DNA from: Eledone cirrhosa
Lineage: Eukaryota
Direction: 5' to 3'
Length of the DNA stretch: 64,000 bases
Assembly: GCA_964016885.1 (NCBI GenBank)
Contig: OZ024763.1
Location: forward strand, 20,770,001 to 20,834,000
This document shows positions 24,120 through 39,200 of this stretch, one piece after another. The notes beneath the pieces were generated by a model that saw nothing but the letters and a program-made list of their open reading frames with translations, did not search any database and was not told where the DNA came from. Numbering within the stretch: position 1 is the stretch's first letter; each line of letters opens with the position of its first letter. The translations under genes and the position numbers were made by a program.

Positions 24120-24334
24120 TTAACCTGAAAATACAATAGTATATATAGAGTAATGTACCTTGCTCCGACAAGGACTGTAGATTTGGCCGGGTATTTTACA
24201 GCTGGATAGATAGCCTTCCTGCTACCAACAAAATTTACAGTGTATTGTATCTCAATAGCTCCTTGATATATGTAATGTTTAATGCTGGTAAGCCAGTTTA
24301 TGTTCTAATTCTTTCTTTTAATCTTCTTCATCAG

Positions 24335-24428
24335 GATGGCGTAGTGAAATTATTCCAATCTAATTCAAATGATGACATCCTTCATTGGTCTGAAAACATG
24401 CTTAAGAATGTGTCATTATCTATAGATG
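24335..24428 (+). CDS. GIGYF2: GIGYF exon (start of conserved C-terminal domain)
   Basis: DGVVKLFQ...HWSENMLKNVSLSID resembles GIGYF2 KLFQ...QWCEQML; donor GTAAGT. Confidence 0.88.
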
Positions 24429-24544
24429 GTAAGTATCTTGTTGTTTTATCTGTTTATGTATTGTGTTGATTGCTGTTTAAGGTTTGGCACCTGTGGTCTC
24501 CAATCATTCTTTAACTATCATAATCACGTTGATCATGTTCCCAC

Positions 24545-24720
24545 CACTGGTGCAGCCTGTTGTTGGGGTGTCACTTTAGATGTGCCACTTGTGCAGCTTG
24601 TGGTTGGGGTGTCACTTTAGATGTACCACTGGTGCAGCCTGTCGTTGGGGTGACACTTTAGATGCTTTTGCTGTCAGTTGTTGGGGTGTCACTTTAGATG
24701 CTTTTGCTGTCAGTTGTCAC
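24545..24720. repeat. Tandem repeat of about 41 bp (x4)
   Basis: Repeated gttggggtgtcactttagatg. Confidence 0.75.
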
Positions 24721-25025
24721 CACTGGTCTCTATTCTCTGTCATGCATAGAAGGGTCTCAGTGTTGTGACTAGTCCAGTCTTTGATGTTGTCAGACTGCCC
24801 TTCACCAACTGTGCCATAAAGAATGGTTTTAGACAAGGGGTTATGGTCTTCATGTTGTGACCAGTCCAGTCCTTGATGTTGTCAGACCAAGATTTTCTTT
24901 GTCTGCCTCTTAGCCCTCCCTCAACTGTGCCCTAAAGAATAGTTTTAGACAAGAACCCTTAAACCTGATATTTCATGACATGAACTCCAAATATTACTTA
25001 CTGAGAGACATATAAAGAACCTTTT

Positions 25026-25493
25026 ACTCTTTATCATTTAAACCCGTCGCATTCTCTCACCTCTTTGTGTTCAAACTGGCCATAACCAGCCACTCATACT
25101 GATGTTAAGGTATTGTTCTCAAAATAAATATCATCATCAAAATCTCATGGATTTCATATTATCTGAGATAAATCTTGTAGAATGTAAATGCGAAAGGGTT
25201 TGACAATATAAAGAATATATATGTAAACATTCAAAAAGATTTGCTTGATGAAGACAACCATGCTGTTTTATAAAATAACATGTTAACCCTTTACCATTTA
25301 CATTACTCTATATTTACTATTGTATTTTTGTGGTAAAAGCTTTATCTTCCATAATATTGAATCTATGAGATTTTGATATTATTTATTTTGAGAACAATAC
25401 CTTAACATAAATATGAGCAGCTAGTTACAGCCAGTCTGATAGAATGAAGTGAGGGAATTCTGGCTGGATATGGCTGGTTTAAATGCTAAAGGG
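25026..25493. mobile_element. Two TTAA MITE copies in opposite orientation (25026-25198, 25287-25493)
   Basis: Shared body with 51377-51572; second copy has TTAA on both sides. Confidence 0.75.
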
Positions 25494-25734
25494 TTAAAGT
25501 GGGATCTTCTGAATACCTTGAACTTATATCACGAAGAAAGTTTTAGTGACAATGGTATTTTACTAGTAGCATTTGTGGTACAATCTTACTGTAATAACAT
25601 CATCTATGTATCTACATATCTTTGTGTATGTCTACAATATGTATATCATCATCATCATCATCAATTTATGTCCATTTTTCCATGCGGATGACAGCGATGT
25701 CTGTAATTTATGTGGTTTAATTATCTTATTTCAG

Positions 25735-25778
25735 TTCCAACCTTTGTGGCCTTTCTACAAGATGTGGATTCACAAGAG
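25735..25778 (+). CDS. GIGYF2: GIGYF 44-bp exon
   Basis: VPTFVAFLQDVDSQE resembles GIGYF2 VPTFVSFLKEVES; phases 1/0. Confidence 0.88.
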
Positions 25779-26010
25779 GTAAAACAAAAAATATGTTTAA
25801 AATAATTGTTTGTTTTTTTCCCCTTCCCACCGTTACTAATCACTGTCCACTCTCCCTCCACACCCATGCCACTTTAGACATGGGGAAGTCTTGTTTTAGT
25901 TTGATTTATCTACAAATAAAACAGGTTTATACACTCTTTAACAACATACCTACACACACGCACACACACACACACATATATATACATACATACATACATG
26001 CATGTATGTA

Positions 26011-26349
26011 TCATCATCATCATCATTTTACGTCCCCTTTTCCCTGCTTGCAAGGGTGGGACGGGAACTGATTCTGGCTTGACTTCTACAGCTGGATGCC
26101 CTTCCTAACACCAACCTCATTTACAGTGAGTGCTGGGTGCTTTTTTGCCATGGCACTTCCACGACCACTTTGCAGTGGAATGATAGGGACCCCAGTCCCT
26201 ATCATCTCATTTCTACAGCTGAGTAAACTGGAGCAATGTGAAATAAAGTGTCTTGCTCAAGGAAACAACACATCACCCGGTCTGAGAATTGAACTCACAA
26301 CCTTTCGATTGCAAGGCCAATGCTCTAACCACTAAGCCATGTCCCTCCA
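26011..26349 (-). mobile_element. SINE family 1
   Basis: Reverse copy of 45842-46187. Confidence 0.9.
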
Positions 26350-26375
26350 TATCTATGTATATATATATATAATAA

Positions 26376-29300
26376 ATAATCTTCCCGCAACCATTTTGGC
26401 CGATCAACATAACCCCAACCCCATCCACCTCACCCCTCCCTGCACCCCACCCACCAAACGCAATCCAAAACTTCAGAGTTGGTACCATGAATGTAGGCAC
26501 CTTAAAAGGCCGCTCTAACGAGGTTGTAGAAATGCTTGAACCTAAGGAGGTTGATGTTTGCTGTATCCAAGAGACCAGGTGGAGGGGCGGGTCTGCTAGA
26601 TTCATTGTGGGTAAAAAACGATGCTATAAGCTTTCCTGGGTGGGGTAAGAATCATGTTAGCAGAAAAATGGGTGGATAAGATAATAGACGTAAATAGAGT
26701 AAACGACAGAATAATTAAAATAAGACTTGTTCTAAATAGAACTACTGTGACGATAATATCTGCATACGCGCCCCAATCCGGACTGCCTGGCGCTATAAAA
26801 GACAGTTTCTATGAGACATTGATGCTCACTACCTCCCAAATAACCGACAGTGACTATATAATTGTTGCTGGCGACGTAAATGGTCACGTTGGACAACATT
26901 GTGACGGCTATGATGGAATCCACGGAGGCTATGGGTTTGGTACTAGAAATGAGGAAGGCTCCAGAATCCTGGAATTCTGTGACGCAAATAACCTAACTAT
27001 CTGTAACACTAACTTCAAAAAACGAGACAATCACTTGATCACCTACAGATCAGGGGAACATACCAGCCAGGTAGATTATATCCTTACCAGAAGACGTGAC
27101 AGAGTGTCTGTTGTAAACACTAAATCCCTCCCCCATGAAGAATGCACCACCCAACATAGACTGATAATTAGCGACCTCATAGTCAGGACGAGACGTACTC
27201 GACAGCAGAAGAGGACTATCCTCAGGAGAAAAATATGGAAGCTAATGGACCCCACAGCCAGAAATAAATTTCAAAGCATATTACTTGATGCTTTCGACAG
27301 TAAGGAAGAGCATTTAGAGTCATACAATATAGAGGAACAGTGGGAATTCCTGAAAGCAAACCTGCTGATGGCGGCAGACGAAGTCTGTGGCTGGAGCAGG
27401 CCTATAGGCAGGAGGAGAGTAACATGGTGGTGGAACAGTAAGGTGGAGGAGTCAATTAAGGCCAAAAAGCAGGCTTGGAAAGTATGTCGGGATGGGGGAA
27501 GTAGAGAAGACTATCAAGTGGCCAGGAGGGAAGCTAGGAGACAAGTGTACTTCGCAAGAAAGGAAGCAGAGGAAAGAAAGTTCAAGCATGTTCTACAACG
27601 CGAGGACCAAAAACATGAGGTGTTCAGGATTGTTTGGCAATGTGTCAAGGAAAACCGTGATATTGTCGGGGAGAAGTGTGTACTTAATGACGATGGCGTA
27701 CTTGCCATCACTGACGCTCATAAGAAGGTAGCTTGGAAGTGTCACTACGAAAGGCTACTAAATGAGGAGAATAAATGGGAGAAAGACAGTCTCCCCCACA
27801 TCGACCCAATAGAGGGACCAGCAGTTAAGGTAGTATAATAAGTAAGGCAATCAAAGATATGAAGACGGGTAAAGCGGCTGGGCCTTGGGAAATAGTTGCT
27901 GAGATGCTGAAAGCCTCTGGAACGGTGGGACACACTATGGTCACCCGGATAGTAAACCAAGTCATACAGAATGGGGTTGTTCCGAAGGACTGGCGTAGCA
28001 GCATCATCATTAACTGTTACAAGGGTAAAGGAGATGCCCTAGATAGGAGTAACTATAGAGGCATTAAATTAATCGACCAGGTCATGAAAATCACGGAAAA
28101 AGTAATAGCGCAACTATCAGAGAGAGAATTGATCTAGATGAAATGCAGTTCGGGTTTGTGTCAGGCAAAAGTACCACAGACGCTCTTTTCATTGTACGAC
28201 AACTACAGGAGAAGTACCTAGCTAAAAGTAAATCCCTTTACTTAGCTTTTGTCGACTTGGAGAAAGCCTTCGACAGAGTCCCCCATTCCATTATCTGGTG
28301 GGCTCTTAGAAAACTAGGTGTTGATGAATGGCTTGTGAGAGCTATACAAGCCATGTATAAAGAAACAGTCAGCAAGGTTAGAATTAACAACGGATAAATA
28401 GTGAAGAGTTTAGCGTAAAAGTTGGTGTTCATCAGGGCTCTGTTCTTAGCCCCCTACTATTTATTATTGCCCTTCAGGCTATAACAGAGGAGTTCAAGAC
28501 CGGCTGCCTATGGGAACTCGTATACGCAGATGATCTAACGCTCATAGCTGAATCAATGGCCGAGCTAGAGAATAAATTCCAAACATGGAAGCACGGCCTA
28601 GAATCAAAAGGCCTTAAAATTAACCTGGCCAAGACTAAAGTTCTAGTTTGTAGGAAAGAAAATAAAGCGCCGGTCCCTTCCGGGAAATGGCCATGCTCAG
28701 TGTGTAGGAAAGGCGTAGGTAGAAACTCCATTTTATGTCCCAAATGCAAAGTATGGGTGCATAAAAGATGTAGTGGGATCACAGGTAAGCTGACTAAGAA
28801 CATAGATTTTACATGTGGCCGGTGCTCTGGTGCAATAAGTAGCAGCAAGTGCCCACAAAATACTAGCTCTTTCAATTGCGCAGAGGGTTCTATAGAAATA
28901 GTGGACAGCTTCCGTTACCTGGGTGACAAAATCATCAGTGGGGGAGGGTGCTCCGAAAGTACAGTAGCTAGAGTCAGAACTGGATGGAAAAAGTTCAGAG
29001 AGCTTATACCACTATTAGCCGCTAAAGGGTTCTCCCTAAAAATGAAAGGCAGGTTGTATGATGCCTGCATACGAACAGCAATGATGCATGGCAGTGAGAC
29101 CTGGGCATTGTGTGCAGAGGATATATGCAGACTAGAGAGGAACGAAGCTTGCATGCTCCGCTGGATGTGTAATAGTAATATACGTGAACGGCAAAGCATT
29201 AACGAACTCAGGGAAAAATTAGAAATAAGAGGGATCAGATGTTGTTTACTCGAGAGAAGGCTACGTTGGTATGGTCACGTGATGCGCCTGAAAGACGACA

Positions 29301-29617
29301 GCTCTATAAAAAAGTGCAGGGCAATAAAGATAGACGGTAACCACGGAGTAAGCAGACCCAGAAAAACCTGGTACGACTTGATAAATTCCGACATCACACA
29401 CTTACACCTCTCCAAGACAATGTCACTGGACCGAAATCTTTGGCGGTACTCAGTAATAGAGAAGACCCATGGTTGGTGTTAGGAAGGGCATCCACCTGTA
29501 GAAAACCTGCCAGACAGTCCTATGCGAGCAAGACAACCACTCTTGCCTCAAGTGGGAAAACTCCCATCAAAACCCATGCAAGCGTGGAATATGGACGTTA
29601 AACGATGATGATGATGA
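26376..29617 (+). mobile_element. RTE subfamily B, near full length, disrupted
   Basis: APE start FRVGTMNVGTL at about 26472; RT fragments with several frameshifts and stops; about 230 bp of the 3' UTR missing at about 29469; (GAT)n tail. Confidence 0.95.
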
Positions 29618-29760
29618 TATATATAGTGGTAAAAACTGGGAGCTTATATCTGTAGTAAGTAGAGCATTCAGTCCAGAGGATGAGTTTGGTGTATATATAT
29701 ATATAGCCTTCTGTGTATTTGTTTGTTTCATTTATTAACTATATATATGTATACACACAT

Positions 29761-30041
29761 CTCAGATCGAGTGATGTTTTGTTTCCTTGAGCAAGACACT
29801 TTATTTCACATTGCTCCAGTTTACTCAGCTGTAGAAATGAGATGATAGGGACAGGGGTCCCTATATTTCCACTGCAAAGTGGTCGAGGAGGTGCCACGGC
29901 AAAAAAGCACCCGGCACTCACTGTAAATGAGGTTGGTGTTAGGAAGGGCATCCAGCTGTAGAAATCAAGCCAGAATCAGTTCCTATCCCACCCTTGCAAG
30001 CAGGGAAAAGTGGACGTAAAATGAAATGATGAATGATGATG
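29761..30041 (+). mobile_element. SINE family 1, 5'-truncated
   Basis: Matches 45906-46187. Confidence 0.88.
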
Positions 30042-30227
30042 ACATATACTCACTCACACACAGACACACGTGTGTATATATATTTGTATTCATGTATAAA
30101 GTGAAAGACAATTGTAATAATTCTTATACACATTGATTAGTTTCTCTTACACCAACTTATTGCACTACCATTAAAACAATCTTCCTCCTCCTCACTCCAT
30201 TCCACCCTTTGCTTGCTCACTTGTGCC

Positions 30228-33200
30228 TCTGCTGTACCCCTTACTCCCACTATAAGGTGTCTCTCTTGACTCTACCACACCCCAGCTGTACCCCTTACTT
30301 ACACTATGTGTCTCTCTCTCTTGACTCTACCACACCCCAGCTGTACTACTTACTTACACTATATGGTGTCTCTTGACTCTACCACACCCCAGCTGTACCC
30401 CTTACTTACACTATATGGTGTCTCTCTTGACTCTACCACACCCCAGATGTGCCCCTTACACTATAAGGTGTGTCTCTCTTGACTCTACCACACCCTAGCT
30501 GTACCCCTTACTTACACTATAAGGTGTGTCTCTCTTAACTCTACCACACCCCAGCTGTACCCCTTACTTACACTGTATGGTGTGTCTCTCTTGACTCTAC
30601 CACACCCCAGCTGCACCCCTTACTTACACTATAAGGTGTGTCTCTCTTGATCCTACCACACCCCAGCTGTAGCCCTTACTTACACTATAAGGTGTGTCTC
30701 TCTTGATCCTACCACACCCCAGCTGTAGCCCTTACTTACGCTATAAGGTGTTTCTCTCTTGACTCTACCACACCCTAGCTGTACCCCTTACTTACACTAT
30801 AAGGTGTGTCTCTCTTGACTCTACCACACCCCAGCTGTACCCCTTACTTACACTATAAGGTGTGTCTCTCTTGACTCTACCACACCCCAGCTGTAGCCCT
30901 TACTTACACTATAAGGTGTGTCTCTCTTGACTCTACCACACCCCTGCTGTACCCCTTACTTACACTATAAGGTGTGTCTCTCTTGACTCTACCGCACCCC
31001 AGCTGTAGCCCTTACTTACACTATAAGGTGTGTCTCTCTTGACTCTACCACACCCCTGCTGTACCCCTTACTTACACTATAAGGTGTGTCTCTCTTAACT
31101 CTACCACACCCCAGCTGTACCCCTTACTTCCACTATAAGGTGTCTCTCTCTTGACTCTACCACACCCTAGCTGTAGCCCTTACTTACACTATAAGGGGTG
31201 TTTCTCTTGACTCTAACACACCCCAGCTGTAGCCCTTACTTACACTATAAGGTGTGTCTCTATTGACTCTACCACACCCCAGCTGTACCCCTTACACTAT
31301 AAGGTGTGTCTCGCTTGACTCTACCATACCCCAGCTACACCCCTTACACTATAAGGTGTGTCTTGACTCTACCACACCCCAACTGTACCCCTTACTTACA
31401 CTATAAGGTGTGTCTCTCTTGATTCTACCACACCCTAGCTGTAGCCCTTCCTTACACTATAAGGGGTGTTTCTCTTGACTCTAACACACCCCAGCTGTAC
31501 CGCTTACTTCCACTATAAGGTGTGTCTTGACTCTACCACACCCCAACTGTACCCCTTACACTATAAGGTGTGTCTCTCTTGACTCTACCATACCCCAGCT
31601 ACACCCCTTACACTATAAGGTGTGTCTCTCTTGACTCTACCACACCCTAGCTGTAGCCCTTACTTACACTATAAGGTGTGTCTCTCTTGACACTACCACA
31701 CCCCAGCTGTACCCCTTACTTACACTATAAGGTGTGTCTCTCTTGACTCTACCGCACCCCAGCTGTAGCCCTTACTTACACTATAAGGTGTGTCTCTCTT
31801 GACTCTACCACACCCCAGCTGTACCCCTTACTTACACTATAAGGTGTGTCTCTCTTGACTCTACCACACCCCTGCTGTACCCCTTACTTACACTATAAGG
31901 TGTGTCTCTCTTAACTCTACCACACCCCAGCTGTACCCCTTACTTCCACTATAAGGTGTCTCTCTCTTGACTCTACCACACCCTAGCTGTAGCCCTTACT
32001 TACACTATAAGGTGTGTCTCTCTTGATTCTACCACACCCTAGCTGTAGCCCTTACTTACACTATAAGGTGTGTCTCTCTTGACTCTACCACACCCCAACT
32101 GTACCCCTTACACTATAAGGTGTGTCTCTCTTGACTCTACCATACCCCAGCTACACCCCTTACACTATAAGGTGTGTCTCTCTTGACTCTACCACACCCT
32201 AGCTGTAGCCCTTACTTACACTACAAGGTGTGTCTCTTGACACTACCACACCCCAGCTGTACCCCTTACTTACACTATAAGGTGTGTCTCTCTTGACTCT
32301 ACCACACCCCAACTGTACCCCTTACACTATAAGGTGTGTCTCTCTTGACTCTACCACACCCCAACTGTACCCCTTACACTATAAGGTGTGTCTCTCTTGA
32401 CTCTACCACACCCCAACTGTACCCCTTACACTATAAGGTGTGTCTCTCTTGACTCTATCACACCCTAGCTGTAGCCCTTACTTACACTATAAGGGGTGTT
32501 TCTCTTGACTCTAACACACCCCAGCTGTACCGCTTACTTCCACTATAAGGTGTGTCTTGACTCTACCACACCCCAACTGTACCCTTACACTATATGGTGT
32601 GTCTCTCTTGACTCTACCACACCCCAGCCGTACCCCTTACACTATAAGGTCTGCCTCTCTTGATTCTACCACACCCCAGCTGTACCCCTTACCTACACTA
32701 TAAGGTGTGTCTCTCTTAACTCTACCATACCCTAGCTGTACCCCTTACTTACACTATGTGTGACTCTCTTGACTCTACCACACCCCAGCTGTACCCCTTA
32801 CTTACACTATAAGGTGTATCTCTCTTGACTCTACCATACCCCAGCAATACCCCTTACACTATAAGGTGTGTCTCTCTTGACTCTACCACACCCTAGCTGT
32901 ACCCCTTACTTACACTATAAGGTGTGTCTCTCTTGATTCTGCCACACCCCAGCTGTACCCCTTACTTACACTATAAGGTGTGTGTCTCTTGACTCTACCA
33001 CACCCCAGCTGTACCCCTTACTTACACTATAAGGTGTGTCTTTATTGACTCTACCACACCCCAGCTGTACCCCTTACTTACACTATAAGGTGTGTCTCTC
33101 TTGACTCTACCACACCCCAGCTGTACCCCTTATTACATTATAAGGTGCGTCTCTCTTGACTCTACCACACCCTATCTGTATCCCTTACTTACACTATAAG

Positions 33201-36200
33201 GTGTGTCTCTCTTGACTCTACCACACCCCAGCTGCACCCCTTACTTACACTATAAGGTGTGTCTCTCCTGACTCTACCACGCCCCAGCTGTACCCCTTAC
33301 TTACACTATAAGGTGTGTCTCTATTGACTCTACCACACCCCAGCTGTACCCCTTACTTACACTATAAGGTGTGTCTCTCTTGACTCTACCACACCCAGCT
33401 GTACCCCTTACACTATAAGGTGTGTCTCTCTTGATTCTACCACACCCCAGCTGTACCCCTTACTTAGACTATAAGGTTTGTCTCTCTTGACTCTACCACA
33501 CCCCAGCTGTAGCCCTTAGTTACACTATAAGGTGTCTCTCTCTTGACTCGACCACACCCTAGCTGTACCCCTTAATTACACTATAAGGTGTCTCTCTCTT
33601 GACTCGACCACACCCTAGCTCTACCCCTTAATTACACTATAAGGTGTCTCTCTCTTGACTCGACCACACCCTAGCTGTACCCCTTACTTACACTATAAGG
33701 TGTGTCTCTCTTGATTCTACCACACCCCAGCTGTACCCATTACTTACCCTATAAGGTGTGTCTCTCTTGACTCTACCACACCCCAACTGTACCCCTTAAT
33801 TACACTATAAGGTGTCTCTCTCTTGACTCGACCACACCCTAGCTGTACCCCTTACTTACACTATAAGGTGTGTCTCTCTTGATTCTACCACACCCCAGCT
33901 GTACCCCTTATTACACTATAAGGTGTGTCTCTCTTGACTCTACCACACCCCAGCTGTACCGCTTACTTCCACTATAAGGTGTGTCTTGACTCTACCACAC
34001 CCCAACTGTACCCTTACACTATATGGTGTGTCTCTCTTGACTCTACCACACCGCAGCCGTACCCCTTACACTATAAGGTCTGTCTCTCTTGATTCTACCA
34101 CACCCCAGCTGTACCCCTTACTTACACTATAAGGTGTGTCTCTCTTAACTCTACCATACCCTAGCTGTACCCCTTACTTACACGATAATGTGTGACTCTC
34201 TTGACTCTACCACACCCCAGCTGTACTCCTTACTTACACTATAAGGTGTGTCTTTCTTGATTCTGCCACACCCTAGCTGTAGCCCTTACTTACCCTATAA
34301 GGTGTGTCTCTCTTGACACTACCACACCCCAGCTGTACCCCTTACTTACACTATAAGGTGTGTCTCTCTTGACTCTACCGCACCCCAGCTGTAGCCCTTA
34401 CTTACACTATAAGGTGTGTCTCTCTTGACTCTACCACACCCCAGCTGTGCCCCTTACTTACACTATAAGGTGTGTCTCTCTTGACTCTACCATACCTCAG
34501 CTATACCCCTTAAACTATAAGGTGTGTCTCTCTTGACTCTACCACACCCTAGCTGTACCCCTTACTTACACTATAAGGTGTGTCTCTCTTGATTCTGCCA
34601 CACCCTAGCTGTACCCCTTACTTACACTATGAGGTGTGTGTCTCTTGACTCTACCACACCACAGCTGTACCCCTTACTTACACTATAAGGTGTGTCTCTA
34701 TTGACTCTACCACACCCCAGCTGTACCCCTTACTTACACTATAAGGTGGGTCTCTCTTGACTCTACCACACCCCAGCTGTACCCCTTATTACATTATAAG
34801 GTGTGTCTCTCTTGACTCTACCACACCCTATCTGTAGCCCTTACTTACACTATAAGGTGTGTCTCTCTTGACTCTACTACACCCCAGCTGTACCCCTTAC
34901 TTACACTATAAGGTGTGTCTCTCTTGACTCTACCACACTCCAGCTGTACCCCTTACTTACACTATAAGGTGTGTCTCACTTGACTCTACCACACCCTAGC
35001 TGTACCCCTTACTTCCACTATAAGGTGTGTCTCTTGATTCTACCACACCCCAGCTGTACCCCTTACTTACACTATAACGTGTGTCTCTCTTGACTCTACC
35101 ACACCCCAGCTGTACCCCTTACTTACACTATAAGGTGTGTCTCTTTTGACTCTACCACACCCCAGCTGTACCCCTTACTTACACTATAAGGTGTGTCTCT
35201 TGACTCGACCACACCCCAGCTGTACCCCTTATTACACTATAAGGTGTGTCTCTCTTGATTCTATCACACCCCAGCTGTACCCCTTACACTCTAAGGTGTG
35301 TCTTGACTCTACCACACCCCAGCTGTACCCCTTATTACACTATAAGGGATGTCTCTCTTGATTCTACCACACCCCAGCTGTACCGCTTACTTACACTATA
35401 AGGTGTGTCTTGATTCTACCACATCCCAGCTGTACCCCTTACACCATAAGGTGTGTCTCTCTCGACTCTACCACACCCCAGCTGTACTACTTACTTACAC
35501 TATATGGTGTGTCTCTCTTGACTCTACCACATCCCAGCTGTACCCCTTACACCATAAGGTGTGTCTCTCTCGACTCTACCACACCCCAGCTGGACACCTT
35601 ATTACACTATAAGGGGTGTCTCTTTTGACTCTACCACTCCCCAGCTGTACGCCTTACTTACACTATAAGGTGTGTCTCTCTTGATTCTACCACACCCCAG
35701 CTGTACCCCTTACTTACACTATAAGGTGTGTCTCTCTTGACTCTACCACATCCCAGCTGTACCCCTTACACCATATGGTGTGTCTCTCTCGACTCTACCA
35801 CACCCCAGCTGTACTACTTACTTACACCATATGGTGTGTCTCTCTTGACTCTACCACACCCCAGCTGTACCCTTTACACTATAAGGTGTGTCTCTCTTGA
35901 TTCTACCACACCCCAGCTGTACCCCTTACTTACACTATAAGGTGTGTCTCTCTTGACTCTATCACACCCTAGCTATACCCCTTACTTACACTATCAGGTG
36001 TGTCTCTCTTGACTCTACCACACCCCAGCTGTACCCCTTAATTACACTATAAGGCGTGTCTCTCTTGACTCTACCACACGCTAGCTGTACCCCTCACTTA
36101 CACTATGAGGTGTGTCTCTTTTGACTCTACCGCACCCCAGCTGTACCCCTTACTTACACTATAAGGTGTCTCTCTCTTGACTCTACCACACCACAGCTGT

Positions 36201-39200
36201 ACGCCTTACACTATAAGGTGTGTCTCTCTTGACTCTACCACTCCCCAGCTGTACCCCTTATTACACTATAAGGTGTGTCTCTCTTTACTCTACCACACCC
36301 CAGCTGTACACCTTATTACACTATAAGGGGTGTCTCTCTTGACTCTACCACTCCCCAGCTGTACCCCTTACTTACACTATAAGGTGTGTCTCTCTTGACT
36401 CTACCACATCCCAGCTGTACCCCTTACACCATAAGGTGTGTCTCTCTTGACTCTACCACACCCCAGCTGTACCCCTTACACTATAAGGTGTGTCTCTTGA
36501 TTCTACCACACCCCAGCTGTACCCCTTACTTACACTATAAGGTGTGTCTCTCTTGACTCTACCACACCCTAGCTATACCCCTTACTTACACTATAAGGTG
36601 TGTCTCTCTTGACTCTACCACACACTAGCTGTACCCCTTATTACACTATAAGGTGTGTCTCTCTTGATTCTACCACACGCCAGCTGTACCCCTTACTTAC
36701 ACTATGAGGTGTGTCTCTCTTGACTCTACCACAGCCCAGCTGTACCCCTTACTTACACTATAAGGTGTGTCTCTCTTGACTCTACCACACCCTAGCTGTA
36801 CCCCTTACTTACACTATAAGATGTGTCTCTCTTGACTCTACCACACCCCAGCTGTACCGCTTACTTACACTATAAGGTGTGTCTTGACTCTACCACACCC
36901 CAGCTGTACCCCTTACTTACACTATAAGGTGTGTCTCTCTTGACTCTACCATACCCCAGCTATACCCCTTACTTACATTATAAGGTGTGTCTCTCTTGAC
37001 TCTACCACACCCCAGCTGTACCCCTTACTTACACTATAAGGTGTGCCTCTCTTGACTCTACCATACCCCAGCTCTACCCCTTATACTATAAGGTGTGTCT
37101 CTCTTGACTCTACCACACCCCAGCTGTAGCCCTTACTTACACTATAAGGTGGGTCTCTCTTGATTCTACCACACCCCAGCTGTACCCCTTACTTACACTA
37201 TAAGGTGTGTCTCTCTTGATTCTACCACACCCCAGCTGTACCTCTTACTTACACTATAAGGTGTGTCTCTCTTGATTCTACCATACTCAAGCTCTACCCC
37301 TTATACTATAAGGTGTGTCTCTCTTGACTCTACCACACCCTAGCTGTACCCCTTAATTACACTATAAGGTGTGTCCCTCTTGACTGGACCACACCCCAGC
37401 TGTACCCCTTACACTATAAGGTGTGTCTCTCTTGACTCTAACATACTCCAGCTATACCCCTTACACTATAAGGTGTGTCTCTTTTGACTCTACCACACCC
37501 CAGCTGTACCCCTTACTTACACTATAAGGTGTGTCTCTCTTGACTGGACCACACCCCAGCTGTACGCCTTATTACACTATAAGGTGTGTCTCTCTTGATT
37601 CTGCCACACCCCAGCTGTACCCCTTACTTACACTATTATGTGTGTCTCTCTTGACTCTACCACACCCCAGCTACACCCCTTACTTACACTATAAGGTGTG
37701 TCTCTTTTGACTCTATCACACCCCAGCTGTACTCCTTACTTACACTATAAGATGTGTCTCTCTTGACTCTACCAGACCCCAGCTGTACCCCTTATTACAC
37801 TATAAGGTGTGTCTCTCTTGATTCTACCACATCCCAGCTGTACCCATTACTTACACTATAAGGTGTGTCTCTCTTGACTCTACCACACCCCAGCTGTACC
37901 CCTTACTTACACTATAAGGTGTGTCTCTCTTGACTCTACCACACCACAGCTGTACGCCTTACACTATAAGGTGTGTCTCTCTTGACTCTACCACTCCCCA
38001 GCTGTACCCCTTATTACACTATAAGGTGTGTCTCTCTTTACTCTACCACACCCCAGCTGTACCCCTTATTACACTATAAGGTGTGTCTCTCTTGATTCTA
38101 CCACATCCTAGCTGTACCCCTCACTTACACTATGAGGTGTGTCTCTTTTGACTCTACCACACCCCAGCTGTACCCCTTACACCATAAGGTGTGTCTCTCT
38201 TGACTCTACCACACCCCAGCTGTACCCCTTACACTATAAGGTGTGTCTCTTGATTCTACCACACCCCAGCTGTACCCCTTACTTACACTATAAGGTGTGT
38301 CTCTCTTGACTCTACCACACCCTAGCTATACCCCTTACTTACACTATAAGGTGTGTCTCTCTTGACTCTACCACACACTAGCTGTACCCCTTATTACACA
38401 ATAAGGTGTCTCTCTTGACTCTACCACACCCCAGCTGTACCCCTTATTACACTATAAGGTATGTATCTCTTGACTCTACCACACCCTAGATGTAGCCCTT
38501 ACTTACACTATAAGGTGTGTCTCTCTTGACTCTACCATACCCCAGCTATACCCCTTACTTACATTATAAGGTGTGTCTCTCTTGACTCTACCACACCCCA
38601 GCTGTACCCCTTACTTACACTATAAGGTGTGTCTCTTTTGACTCTACCACACCCCAGCTGTACCCCTTACTTACACTATAAGGTGTGTCTCTCTTGACTC
38701 TACCATACCCCAGCTCTACCCCTTATACTATAAGGTGTGTCTCTCTTGACTCTACCACACCCCAGCTGTGGCCCTTACTTACACTATAAGGTGTGTCTCT
38801 CTTGATTCTACCACACCCCAGCTGTACCCCTTACTTACACTATAAGGTGTGTCTCTCTTGATTCTACCACACCCCAGCTGTACCTCTTACTTACACTATA
38901 AGGTGTGTCTCTCTTGATTCTACCATACTCCAGCTCTACCCCTTATACTATAAGGTGTGTCTCTCTTGACTCTACCACACCCTAGCTGTACCCCTTACTT
39001 ACACTATAAGGTGTGTCCCTCTTGACTGGACCACACCCCAGCTGTACCCCTTACACTATAAGGTGTGTCTCTCTTGACTCTACCACACCCCAGCTGTACC
39101 CCTTACTTACACTATAAGGTGTGTCTCTCTTGACTCTACCACACCCCAGCTGTACCCCTTACTTACACTATAACGTGTGTCTCTCTTGACTGGACCACAC

